Source of the DNA: Podarcis muralis
Lineage: Eukaryota
NCBI RefSeq assembly: GCF_964188315.1
Contig: NC_135668.1
Location: 28,830,001-28,894,000, forward strand
DNA length: 64,000 bases
Direction: 5' to 3'
In this document: piece by piece, positions 1 through 11,583 of the stretch
Layout of the letters: each line of letters begins with the position of its first letter
Numbering within the stretch: the stretch's first letter is position 1
Position numbers and translations under genes: made by a program
The notes under the pieces: generated by a model
Seen by the model: the letters and a program-made list of their open reading frames with translations, nothing else
Told to the model about the DNA's origin: nothing
Databases searched by the model: none

Positions 1-374
1 CCCCTTTGGCTAGGACAGCCAGGAGCCACCTTCCGTGGGAAGCAGACACAGGATTGCCTCTTCAGGGGTCAGTTGCCTGGAAGCGAAACTCCTGCAACAT
101 GGAGAGAAAGGGGAGCCTGTCACTCCCTGCAGTTGGCATCTCTCCTGCTTCCTGGGTGTGCTCAGTGCCAGTCCTGCTTGCCAACTGCTGCGAATCAGCT
201 TCTTAGTGAGGTTCCCTTCCTTTCCTCTTCAGTGGTTTCAGTGGCTCAAGGACACGGGGTCTTCACTGAGCAGTGTCGGACAATCTTTTGAGAAAAGGTT
301 TATTTCTGCCTTCCCCCAACCTGAGGACCTCCACTTGTTTTGGACTACAACTCCCATCAGCCTCAGCCAGCATG

Positions 375-982
375 GTCATTTTTTAAAAAAATGTATTTTT
401 ATTAAAGATTTTCTTGGTTTGCAAAAGTATGTGCAATGTCTCTCTCTCTCTCTTTTCCAAGTAACATTTTTTACAGATCAGTTTCAATTGTTGAGACATT
501 AGGAAGAAGAGGGGGAAAGAGGTGGGGCGGGCGGGAAAGGTGAGTGGGGGTAGGGTCGGGTGGCGATGTTTCTATTATACTTAATATATGTGGGGTTTTG
601 TGTCAGCGTCGCTTATGCAGGTGCTCTGCTATTGACTTCAAAGAACTCATAACCCACCTACTTTCAGCAGCCTGAAACACCATAACCAGAAGACTGGAGA
701 GACCTGTCAGGAGTAAGCATGGACCAATGGTACCAAATAGTATGGGAAACAGCCTTACTAGAAAAATTAACCAGTAAACGGAAACTGACACGGGGACAAA
801 CAGAAGAAGACGCCTTTATGGCTCCCCTTTATCACATACACAGCCCAACAAGACAATGACAAGAATCCACCAACAGCATACAAATCAATATGGCTAACCT
901 GATCCAAAACACCCACCCACCCCACTTACACATAAAAACAAAGGTCACCACAGCCAATCATAAACAAACAACCACACCCTAG
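375..982 (-). mobile_element. 5'-truncated L1 LINE with inverted 5' segment (ORF2 C-terminal remnant on + at about 622-900; 3'UTR/polyA end on - at about 380-620)
   Basis: Plus strand 645-830 translates, with a stop and frameshift, to ELITHLLSAA*NTITR..WRDLSGVSMDQWYQIVWETALLEKLT, which resembles an L1 ORF2 C-terminus. 390-620 is an AATAAA-bearing 3' end on the minus strand. gccagcatg occurs at 366-374 and 983-991 (candidate TSD). Confidence 0.6.
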
Positions 983-1195
983 GCCAGCATGCTCGTTTGA
1001 GGCTGAGGATGTTGGGAGCTGCTCTAGAATTTGGTGGTCTGGAAGTGACAGAAGTCAATGTTTCTTCTTTGTCACGCCACAAACCCTCCTGTTGACACAC
1101 AGAGTCAGCGGCTGGCAACTGTTGACAACAGAGTCCTTGCCTAAACCTTGTTGCTTCTTCAGGGTTCTTGGCAACTGGGTCTTATTTTTTGTTCC

Positions 1196-1312
1196 CTAAC
1201 TTGGGTCTCCAGCTGTTTTTGGACTACAGCTCCCATCATCCCCAGCTAGCAAGACCAGTGGTCAGGGATGATGTGAACTGTAGTCTGAAAACAGCTGGAG
1301 ACCCAAGTTTCA
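1196..1312. mobile_element. Short palindromic MITE-like element (ggactacaactcccatc family)
   Basis: Arms aacttgggtctccagctgtttt / aaaacagctggagacccaagtt are reverse complements. Related copies lie at about 318-374/983-1030, 32385-32510, 55520-55690 and 57020-57110. Confidence 0.65.
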
Positions 1313-2047
1313 GAAATAATGCACTATAGTCTGTGGTGTCGTAGAACTGATGCCGCAAAGGCTCTCGCTGTCTCTGCATAAGTTTAATCAGCACATGTGA
1401 AATATATGCAAATTGGTGATGTGTAAGTGGGAAGGGCAGAGTTGTGGGCATCCTTCAGCTGCTGAATAATGGTGCCAGAAGCGGACTGGATTGCATCCCA
1501 CTGATCCTTTGTGTTTTCCTGGAGTGGGGTGATCGTTGGCTGATACCCCAGCTGCGTAATCCATGGCAGTAAATTGATGACAACTTGATCAGCCTCTGGT
1601 GGCAGGTTGCCCAGGAAACCTGGAGGCTGCTTTGGGGGGCGGGGTTAGTTGCAAGTTGTTGAGCAGCAGAGCTTGGTGGGGGGTCAGTGCCAGGAAAACA
1701 GCTGATTCCTCTTCACCCCTTCTCTGCTTTGCCAAACCAAGGGCAGGGACAGATGGCAGCGAAGCCTGGGCTCTAGCACATTTCCTATGGCACAGAAACA
1801 CCCTCTCTCCACAGAGAGACCTCCGACCATCTCTCTGGCAATGGGGACCTTTTTAAGGAGTTCCTGATGCAAATCTGCACATCACCAAGTGATTTGTAGG
1901 TTTGGCCATCTTTGCTTGGTGTAGCAACTTATTCTACTAACCACGGGAGAATATCAAGAAAACAATATCATCTCCAGCTAGCTGGCTACAACCAAAACTT
2001 ATTATCTATGTATATCCCAACCCCCAACCCCCTTGTACAAATAAATA

Positions 2048-2273
2048 CAGTGGTACCTCAGGTTAAGAACTTAATTCGTTCTGGAGGTCCATTCTTAACT
2101 TGAAACTGTTCTTAACCTGAGGTACCACTTTAGCTCATGTGGCCTCCCACTGCCACCATGCCACCGCTGTGCGATTTCTGTTCTCATCCTGAAGCAAAGT
2201 TATTAACCCGAGGTAATATTTCTGGGTTAGCGGAGTCTGTAACCTGAAGCATCTGTAACCCAAGGTACCATTG
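2048..2273. mobile_element. Tc1/mariner-type MITE (TIR cagtggtacct, family A)
   Basis: TA-cagtggtacctcaggtt...caaggtaccattg-TA. Near-identical copies at 25815, 39206, 45800 and 46030. Confidence 0.85.
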
Positions 2274-2355
2274 TATTTCGGGTGCTGCCTCAAAGATAAG
2301 TGCCAGTTTACACATTATGAAAACCAAGCCAAGAGAATTCTGGATGCTCCCACTA

Positions 2356-2592
2356 CAGTCGTACCTCGGTTGTCAAATGCCTTGGTACTCGCAAACGCCG
2401 TAAACCCAGAAGTGGGTGTTCCAGTTTGTGAACGTTTTTTGGAAGCCGAATGGCCAACGTGGCTTCCACGGCTTCCGATTGAGTGCAGGAAGCTCCTGCA
2501 GCCAATCGGAAGCTGCGCCTTGGTTTTCGAACTGTTCCGGGAGTCAGACGGACTCCTGGAACGGATTAAGTTTGACAACCAAGGTACTACTG
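2356..2592. mobile_element. Tc1/mariner-type MITE (family B)
   Basis: TA-cagtcgtacctcggttgtcaaa...tttgacaaccaaggtactactg inverted ends. The interior is similar to 27465-27705. Confidence 0.75.
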
Positions 2593-2880
2593 GATAGGCT
2601 TGCAGGTAGCGGTAGTGAACCCTGCTGGATCCGTCCGAACGCCTATCCAATCCAGCATCCTATTCTGATTGTAACCAATTAATGAGTTGTTAGGAACATA
2701 ATATGAACCTGGCTGCTGGATCTGGTCCAGGGGGGTACATGAAGTCCAGCATCCTGTTCTCACAGTGGCCAACCAGATACAGGACCTGATCACAGGAGCA
2801 CTTCTCCCCTCCTGCAGTTCCAGCAGAGCATAGCCATCGTGGTGAGTAGCCATTGAAAGCCTTCTCCTCCATGAATTGGT
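2593..2880 (-). mobile_element. CR1-type LINE 3' fragments
   Basis: Recurrent motif ctggatc...tccagcatcctgttctcacagtggccaaccag, also at about 6055-6350, 11595-11790, 13890-14045 and 20100-20300. Confidence 0.55.
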
Positions 2881-3035
2881 CCCCTCCTTTCTCCCCCCAC
2901 CCTTTATCCTTCCATTGAGATGGGAAGAGTAAGAAGTAACTTTTAACACATTGTTAGGAGCACAGTAACTGCTCCCAAACTCCATGTTTGTTTTTCTCTC
3001 TCTCCCCCTCTCCTTTCAGATATACTGCTTTTGTA

Positions 3036-3687
3036 CAGTGGTACCTTGGTTTGCATGTATGGAAGTGAGAGCTGGACCATAAAGAAGGCTGATTGCTGAA
3101 GAATTGATGCTTTTGAATTATGGTGTTGGAGGAGACTCTTGAGAGTCCCATGGACTGCAAGAAGATCAAACTTATCCATTCTTAAGGAAATCAGCCCTGA
3201 GTGCTCACTGGAAGGACAGATCGTGAAGCTGAGGCTCCAATACTTTGGCCACCTCGTGAGATGAGAAGACTCCCTGGAGAAGACCCTGATGTTGGGAAAG
3301 ATGGAGGGCACAAGGAGAATGGGACGGCAGAGGATGAGATGGTTGGACAGTGTTCTTCGAAGCTACCAACATGAGTTTGACCAAACTGCGGGAGGCAGTG
3401 GAAGATAGGAGTGCCTGGCGTGCTCTGGTCCATGCGGTCACGAAGAGTCGGACACGACTAAACGACTAAACAACAACAAACCTTGGTTTGCAACCGCTTT
3501 GGATTACAACCACGTCAAACCTGGAAGTGTGTGTCCCTTTTTTTGGATTACAAGCCATTTGGGGGGGATTACAACAAATTTGGGGGGGGGATACCCCATT
3601 GGCGAAAGCACACCTTGGGTTACAACCTGTTTTGGTTTACAACCGGACCTCCGGAACAGATTATGGTTGTAAACCAAGGTATCACTG
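3036..3687. mobile_element. Tc1/mariner-type MITE interrupted by BovB
   Basis: TA-cagtggtaccttggttt...aaaccaaggtatcactg-TA. The BovB insertion sits just inside the left TIR. Confidence 0.8.
3056..3479 (+). mobile_element. RTE-BovB LINE, 5'-truncated 3' end
   Basis: BovB-like 3' sequence (aagaattgatgcttttgaattatggtg...gagtcggacacgactaaacgactaaacaacaacaa). 13-bp TSD accttggtttgca at 3043-3055 and 3480-3492. Confidence 0.9.
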
Positions 3688-4229
3688 TACTTGTAGATCT
3701 ATTATTTTTATTATGTTGCTTTGTTCGATATATATGTGTGTTCATTCTAAATCAGCATTCTAATTTCCCTGCTTTCTGCTTTGCTTGAGGCATAACATGA
3801 AGGTTAATAACGAATACCAGAGTCGGATGTGTTGAAAGACAGTGCTGCTGCTGCTGCTGCTGCTGCTACATGTCACAAACCAGCAATTAAAAACTCTTGC
3901 AGAATCCCAGGCTGACTGGGCTGGCAAATAAGTGGCAAAAGACTGGGCATTAGCTCTGTCCTTCATTCATCCGCTGACGGGCAGGGATGCAAAGGCGGGT
4001 TGAATGACAGGAGGGTCTCTCACAGTTTTACTGCAGAAATATTAATCTACAGCACCAGAAAGACACCTTCACTACGCTCAACCGCGGCCGTGGGTGCCTT
4101 GCAGCGTCCATGGCCCTGGCACCGAAATTTGTGGGTGATCGGGCACCCAGGGCCTCAAGGATTTGACACCTTTGTTGCCAGATGGAGTCAGTGCCCCCCA
4201 AAACGTAGGTCCGCCATTGAACCCACCCA

Positions 4230-4620
4230 GTCCTGGCATTTGCGAGCAGGAGGCGTGGCCGCCCAAGCGGGGGAGGAGCGTATTGCTTCACTAGGGAACG
4301 CGCTGAGGGTTTTTTCTGGGGGGCGTGGCTATGCAAACGAAGTGGCTTCCCGCGAGGGCTGCCGGGAAAACAGCTGACTGCTCCCGCGTGAGCGAGCCGC
4401 GGCAGAATAAGCAGGTGAGGATCGCCTTCCCGGGCAGGGGGAGGGGGCTGGGTCTGAGCTTTCCTCCGGCAGATCCTCGGGCTCCAGAAAGCGGAAGGAA
4501 GTGGCTGCGGGCTGCAATGGCCCGCGGCTCCCGCTGGGCCGTGGCGGACCTGTGGGGGGCCCTGAAGTTCGAACTGGGCTGGGGGAGCCCTTTAGCAATG
4601 AGGTCTCCGCTGTGACCTTC
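4230..4620 (+). promoter_or_regulatory. ALAD: ALAD CpG-island promoter and non-coding exon 1 (donor after 4414)
   Basis: CpG-rich; Sp/KLF-type ggcgtggc boxes near 4252 and 4322; donor GCAG|GTGAGG at 4414/4415; lies upstream of the exon 2 acceptor at 6645/6646. Exact TSS not determinable. Confidence 0.7.
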
Positions 4621-4764
4621 TTCAATGGGGTTGTTCCACGGCAGATCGCTGCATTTTTATTTTTAAAAATTAACTACTACATCTTAGATTTTGATTAAAA
4701 TGGCTGTTCTGTGTTATCTCACTCGCCCAAGTCACAGGGGTGAATGAAAATGCCCAGTGCCTTA

Positions 4765-4857
4765 AGCCCCACGTTGGGCAAAAAGTTCCTGCCTTGTGGG
4801 GGTTGGGCTGGATGACCCTCGGGTCCCTTCCAACTTCACCATTCTATGATTCTACCA
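4765..4857 (+). mobile_element. tRNA-Lys(CTT)-derived SINE with CR1-like tail (partial)
   Basis: gccccacgttgggcaaaaagttcc...ggatgaccctcgggtcccttccaac...ttctatgattcta. Other copies at about 29437-29935 (-), 35080-35220 (-) and 51815-51870. Confidence 0.65.
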
Positions 4858-6687
4858 TTCTTTTTTCTACTTTTTCGCATCCTGATAGTTGCAAAGTCAT
4901 TTTCTGGAGACAATATGCAGAAAGAATTTAAGTGCTCTTCGGCAGAATGGCCAACTTACCTCCTTTACGACATCTGTGCTACTGACTCCCAAACTTTGGG
5001 ATTGTCGAAATAGATACCAACCGAAATGAATGGATCTGAGTCATGTGACTCAAATCGGGTCAGCTGGACCCAGTTTTTAAAAGCAATGTGGACTCAAGTC
5101 GCTTCTGGGGCTCTTTCGGGATTCTGGGCCCTGCAGCTCAAGCTCCATTCATTTTATAAAAGGTCTGCTCCTGCAACTTTACCTGGGAGGGAGGTCAACT
5201 TCTATAACCAAGCACTTCTGTTTCCTTATTGTTTCATACAGGCGGTCCAAGGCTTGCTCAACCTCTCCCTGCCTCTCCCCTTATGCATTGTATTCTCACA
5301 GCAGCCTGTGAGGTGGGTTAGGCTGAGAGAGGCACCCACTCCCCCACACAACAAGGTCACCTAGGGAGCTTAAGGACTGGTTTTTGGGACGAGGGAGCGG
5401 GATCTGAACTCAGGTCACTCCCAAGTCCTAGTCCTCATTAAATTGTGAGTTAGGCTCAGAGAAGGTGACTGGACCCCCAAGGTTGTCAGCAGGCGGGATG
5501 GGACGGGGGGGTTGAACCCCCTGGGCTGGTTCCCTTTATAACTTTTTCTGCAGAGAGCTGGTGATCATGAGATCAGCTCTCTCGCGATGCTCAAGCTCAG
5601 GGTCAAGCAGATCCGACTTGGTTCCAGGCACCCAAAGGAATTTTTTTTTACATCCGCCCCTGGATGGCGGATGTGTGGAAAGGAGGCTGGTGGGCTGTGT
5701 GGACTTTTGGCCTGATAAACCTGCTGGGCTTTAACTGCCTCTTGAACTGAAGCCCAAAACAGAGCCCTCCTCCACCGGGATTAGAGCCCTGCCTGCCTTT
5801 TTGCTCTTGCCTCTGGCAACCTGCCTCTCCTCATGTCATGCGTGGGCCAATTGCACCACCCAACCCGTTTCATCTTGCTGCGGAGGAATTTGCCACCCTC
5901 AGATGAGAGATTATTAAGCGGCCTCTTCTTCCAGGCTTCAGGGTGCCAGGAGAGAGATTGTCATCCTGGTTTTCAGAACCGCCGAGAAATATCCAAATAC
6001 CCCTTCAAAGTAAAGGGAGCAGGTTTTTAATCCCTAAAGCATGCTCTTTCATGAGAACACAGGAAGAGCCCTGAGGCTCTTTGGATCAGATCCAAGAGGA
6101 CCCACCTAGTCCAGCATCCAGTTCTACCAGGGGCCCCTGAGAACCTTATAAATCCAGATAGACTGCCTCTACACCTTGCGGTTCCATAAGAAGAGCCTGG
6201 CCCAAAGGGACTCAACTCATCCAGCCTCCTGTTCTCACACTTGGCAGGCCATATGCTCATTATGGGAAACCCACAAGCGGGATCTGAGTGTAAGGGCTGC
6301 ACTCTCCCTTCCTGCAGTTTCCAGCTGCTGGGATTCAGATGCGTAGACTCCTACAAGACAAAGAGGTGCCCTGCCAGGCCTCAGATTTCCCTTGTAAGTT
6401 AAGTTGTCCTTCCATGCACCCAGTACCAGGCATACTCAGACCAATTGTGGCTGATCAGTGGGGTGGGGTTGCGCTCTGCACTTGCTTGATGTTACTCTCA
6501 TTTCCTTGCCTGGCCGTCACTTGCACCAGGAGTTGGGCATGCATAAGGGGCATCTCCCAGAGTCCTCTGGGTGTCTGGGCAGTGGCACCCCCGGCAGCAT
6601 GAGAAGCCACCCCTCTAAAACTGCCTCTGCCTCTCTGCTTTCCAGAGCCCTTGCCTCCCGTGGCTCAGTGGCTGGCGAGACCTCGAG

Positions 6688-6800
6688 ATGCAGGCCGAGT
6701 CCCTCTTGCACAGTGGCTACTTTCACCCCACCCTCCGCTTGTGGCAGGCGACGGCCGCTAGCTTCCACGCAGCCAACCTCATCTACCCCATCTTTGTGAC
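6688..6800 (+). CDS. ALAD: Delta-aminolevulinic acid dehydratase (porphobilinogen synthase), coding exon 1 (exon 2 spans 6646-6800)
   Basis: [38 protein letters not shown]; 113 bp coding; donor gtgagt. Confidence 0.97.
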
Positions 6801-7616
6801 GTGAGTTTCTCGGCCGTTTCCTAACTGGGGTGTCCGGTTTGGGTTAGTTGGGCCCTGCTGGGTCTGAGCCAGTTGGGTCTTTTCTGACGTCCTCAACTCC
6901 CACCTGGCACCTTCATGGTACATCTTCAGGCGCCAGGCAAAAATGTTCCTCTTTAACCAGGCCTTTGGCTGACGGGCATCCGATGCCTTTTTAAATCTGT
7001 TGTGGGGAAGGGGATTATTGGTTTGCTTTTGTTCTTATTTTTATCGTGCAGTTTGCGTTTTCGTGTTGCAATTTGGTGTTGTGAACTGCCCTGAGATCTG
7101 CGGGCAATGCAAATTTAATAAATAATAATAATAATTATTATTAATAATTTTAGCATTTGGTCATCTCACAGGGCAGGGCAGTATCCTTAGCTCCATATTT
7201 GTAGGGTGGTCAGGGGCTGAGGGACCACGGCTTCCCTACAGCCACCTTGTGAGCTTGTGATGGGAGGGTGGGGTAGGGGGAGCAGCTTAGTTTGTCCCTT
7301 CCTGATCCCTGGCTATTAGCCACAGTTCTGACTGATCCCTGGGGTTCTCTTCTATTCTGCCTTTGGCAAACTGCAGCACTGCCTTCTCTTGGGGCACAAA
7401 GCCTCCCAACCTAGAAAACCTCCTATTCCTGGTTTGGGGGGTGGTTGGCAGCCCTCTATTTTCCTGGGGGCTGCAGGGTTCCCACAACGATGGCACTGTC
7501 AGGTGACGGCAAAGGAATGTCCCTTGGCGCTGAGCCTGTCTCTGGCTGCGCTGGGTCTGCCGACCTCGCTGCCAGGATCCTCTCCAGCTCCCACTTCCCC
7601 TGTTTAACTTTTTCAG

Positions 7617-7667
7617 GGACAGCCCAGATGCCGTGGAGCCCATTGCCAGCCTGCCTGGTCAAGCCCG
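7617..7667 (+). CDS. ALAD: ALAD coding exon 2
   Basis: tttcag|..DSPDAVEPIASLPGQAR|gtgagt, 51 bp, phase consistent. Confidence 0.97.
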
Positions 7668-9195
7668 GTGAGTGAACACGTCGAAATGTAGGGAACTGCC
7701 TTACGCTGAGCCAACCCTGGATCTGCCCAGCCCAGCCCTGTCAATTCTTGAGAGGGTCTTGGGGAGATACTGGGGGCAGCGGGTGGGGAGGCAGCTCCCC
7801 AGTCCTACCCGAGAGCCCCATTGCGGAGGTGCTGTGGGTGGGGTGCTGAAGTTGGCACTTTCTGTATACAAACCTCCATTCATTTTTTCTTCCCCATATT
7901 GCCTGCCTGAGTCAATGCAGCTCAGACTCCAGCGGAAGGGCAGGAATGTGCTCATGTTTCCAGCTGCCTTTGCCCCAGACTTCTCTGGGCCCCGCGAGAT
8001 AAGGGCTCCCGTTGGGCAGAGCCAGAAGCTGATGCTTGCCTCCACCCCACCGTGCCTTCCCAAGATAAAAGCTCTTTTGTTGCGGTTGCAACTTGGAGAT
8101 GAGAGATAACAAGGTCCACCCCAAGGCCCCGGCTCACTCGTTGGGCTGGGGGGACAGAGTGCTGTGCCCAACCCAGCCTTCTCATGGCTTGGGAGCCTTT
8201 GCTGCTCTGTGGGGCTGTGGCTTTGACCTGAGAAAGTTTCTCCAAGGGAAGCAGCTGGTCAGACCAGGGGTGGACTTTTGTAATTTGGTGCCCTGAGGGA
8301 GGACAAAATATGGTTCCTTCCTTCCCTCCCTTCCCTTTCTTATTTTCATGCAATAATTCCTTTTGGTAGAGTTGCGTTTCTCCTCAGTAAGTCCCCTTAT
8401 AAACACAGGTATTACTGTTATTTTGATGGTGGTGGTTTTGCTCCCCCATGGCTTATGTGGAGAACTGCCCTAAACCTGACACTGGCCTGAGGAGGAAAGG
8501 ATATTTCCTATAGCGGTTCTGTGTATCTTGAGTGGGGGGAAACACAGCAGTCTAATGCAATGGAATCGGCCTGCCTAAGCCAACAGACAACTTCTCTGCT
8601 TCTGCGGTTTTATCTTCTTGAAAACCTAATACAAACTATTTTCAAAAAGAAGAGAAGAAGAAGAGAGAATACATGGGGTTTTCAATCACTGCGTGACACA
8701 ACTTGCAGCTTCAGGAGCTGTGTTCCAGTGATGCCACTGGCTGAGGAGCGGGGAGCAGTGAACAGGGGCCCAGGGATGCCATCCTGTCCTGCTTGCCAGG
8801 CTTCCCATCTGGTTGCCCCCTGGTGCAGTGGGCGCTCTTACCTGTTGACCTGCCATGCCTGATAAAAACTAAGTGGAGCATCCACGTCCCGAGACAGCAT
8901 ACCTTAAAACTGCCAGGTGGTGGAGGCAAATAACTGGGGTGGAGGGGACTTCTGCTTTTGGGGATGGGGTTTGGGCAGCTGCCTGGCCTTCACGGGAGAA
9001 CCAGACAGAGGACTAAAGGGAGCCGCTTGGGGCTGATCCAGCAGACGCGCTTTCCTTACTAAGGCAGTGGGCTTGATCCATGCCATTTGCTGGGGGTGGG
9101 GGGCAGCAGCTTCTCAGTGCCTATGTCACCCTACTGCTTTGCTCATCAACGTCCTTTGGTCTCTCTCTCTCTCTCTCTGCCCCCTCCCCCCACAG

Positions 9196-9292
9196 TTATG
9201 GGGTCAACAGGCTGGAGGAGATGCTGCGTCCCCTTGTAGCTGATGGCCTGAAGTGCATTCTGATTTTTGGGGTCCCAAGCCGAGCCGTCAAG
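9196..9292 (+). CDS. ALAD: ALAD coding exon 3
   Basis: cacag|[32 protein letters not shown]|gtgggt, 97 bp. Confidence 0.97.
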
Positions 9293-9340
9293 GTGGGTAA
9301 AGGGGGTGGAGGCACCCTGGCGGTTTCAGTCATATGTTAA

Positions 9341-9775
<435 letters not shown>

Positions 9776-10047
9776 TGATGCGGTGCCTCTTGCAGGCCTC
9801 CTCAGGCTCCCCCCTTTTTATCTCTCTTGAAATATGGCTGCCATTACGTCACTACAGTACACTTTTTAAACAACGCATGGGTGAAACAAAGTTTTCCTGG
9901 TTTGCTTCTGGTGTTTGCTTCCAAGAGTCCTTGTGAACGCCAGTGGAATTTGGGGGGCAGTGTGTGTGTGTGTGTGTGTGTGTTGAGGGGGTGGAATATG
10001 GAGAAATTGGACCCCCAGAATCTTGACCACTGCCCTTTCCCTTTCAG

Positions 10048-10131
10048 GCATTCTTCGGGAAGATGGCACCCTCCAGAACGAGACCAGCTGCCAGAGGCTG
10101 GCTGAGGTGGCTCTGGCCTATGCCAAGGCAG
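10048..10131 (+). CDS. ALAD: ALAD coding exon 5
   Basis: GILREDGTLQNETSCQRLAEVALAYAKAG; 84 bp; AG/GT intact. Confidence 0.97.
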
Positions 10132-11129
10132 GTGAGAGCACAGTTGGCTGCTGAGTCCCATCAAAGGCACTGTGCAGGTGTCACAGGAATGACACTCCAG
10201 ACGGACGTGAGACTGGAAGACAGGTCTCTCTGCTGCAGGAAGTGGCTGCGGCTGCTTAGCTGAGGGAGTGTAAAAGTTGGATTAGGGCAAAACTCTGAGG
10301 GGAGGCAACTCTTGATTATGACATTAAGCCGAACCTCCAGGTTCAGAGGCAGCCTACCTTGGAATGGCAGCTGTTTGGGGGCTGTTGCCAGGTGAGGAGA
10401 GAGGCCTTTGCCCTGATTGAGCATGGCTCCTCTGAGGTTGCTTGGGCTGGGTGGCTCCTTTTGTGTGGTGGGTGGGCTCCTGGGGAAGCTGGTGGCCAAG
10501 GGAGTCTGTCTATCAGGGCTGGAGTCAGATGCAAGTCAGCAAGAAAGGATGCGAATCTCTGATGCCAATGAAGTTAACTCTTTATTCTAGGAGATGGCAT
10601 GCAGTAACCCTTTCCCAGCAGGTCTTGCCCCTATGGAGCAGGTGCCAGGATGGAAGGTGTCTGCCTTCTACCACCCTTAAGGCGCCTCCTCTCCCAGAAG
10701 TTTCCCAAGCAGTCTCAGACTGTGTTTGCGCACCTCTGGCCTCTGTTCTGTCCTTCTGCGTGCTATTGGAGACCAGTGGGAGGGGAGCTTGTTGCAGCAG
10801 GAGAGGGAGACTCCCTGGGTTCTTCAGCAACCTCTTGACGCCCCTCCTTTGCTTCAGCCTCAGAGTCTGAACTGCTCCCTGTCACCATCTCTCCCTGCTC
10901 ACCAAACCCTGGTTCCCCCTCAGCATCTGACACCTTCTCCCACAAATCTTCTCCCTCCAACCTCTCCTCTGTGTCCCACCACCAATCCCCAGCTCTGAGC
11001 CTTCCTCCTCTGGGGGTTCCCTTGGGGGGTTCCCTGGCTGGTGCCTCCCACCACTCCTCTTTGCCAGCCCGTCCCTGGCAGTGGTCCACCCTCAGCTCCC
11101 CTGAGCCACCACCCATCTTCCTCCTCCAG

Positions 11130-11218
11130 GATGTCATATCGTGGCCCCCTCGGACATGATGGACGGGCGCATTGGCGCCATCAAGCAGGCCTTGATCTCC
11201 AACGACTTGGGTAACAAG
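11130..11218 (+). CDS. ALAD: ALAD coding exon 6
   Basis: [29 protein letters not shown]; 89 bp. Confidence 0.97.
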
Positions 11219-11527
11219 GTGAGCCAGGGACAAGCTCGCACCCTCCCTTGGCAGACCTTCTCACAGAGCCCTCCAGGGTCGTGGTACCTGTACTAGGCCG
11301 ACTGGAGGCCCTCTGAGGTTGCCATGGCAACGACTTACCTCGATGGGCCTGCAGGGCCACAGATTAGGGGTGGAGGGGAATGGATGTGATTCCCTCCCTG
11401 TGCCCCCTCAGGAGAGATTGTGAGGGGCCTGGCAGGCAGGGGGCAGGAGATCCTGTGTGGGTTTTTTTTTAAAAAAAAGCCCTTTAGACAGCAAACCTCT
11501 CTCACCTTTCCTCCGTGTCGGCTGCAG

Positions 11528-11583
11528 GTTTCCGTCCTGAGCTACAGTGCCAAGTTTGCTTCCTGCTTCTACGGCCCCTTCAG
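11528..11583 (+). CDS. ALAD: ALAD coding exon 7 (active-site Lys199)
   Basis: VSVLSYSAKFASCFYGPFR; 56 bp. Confidence 0.97.
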
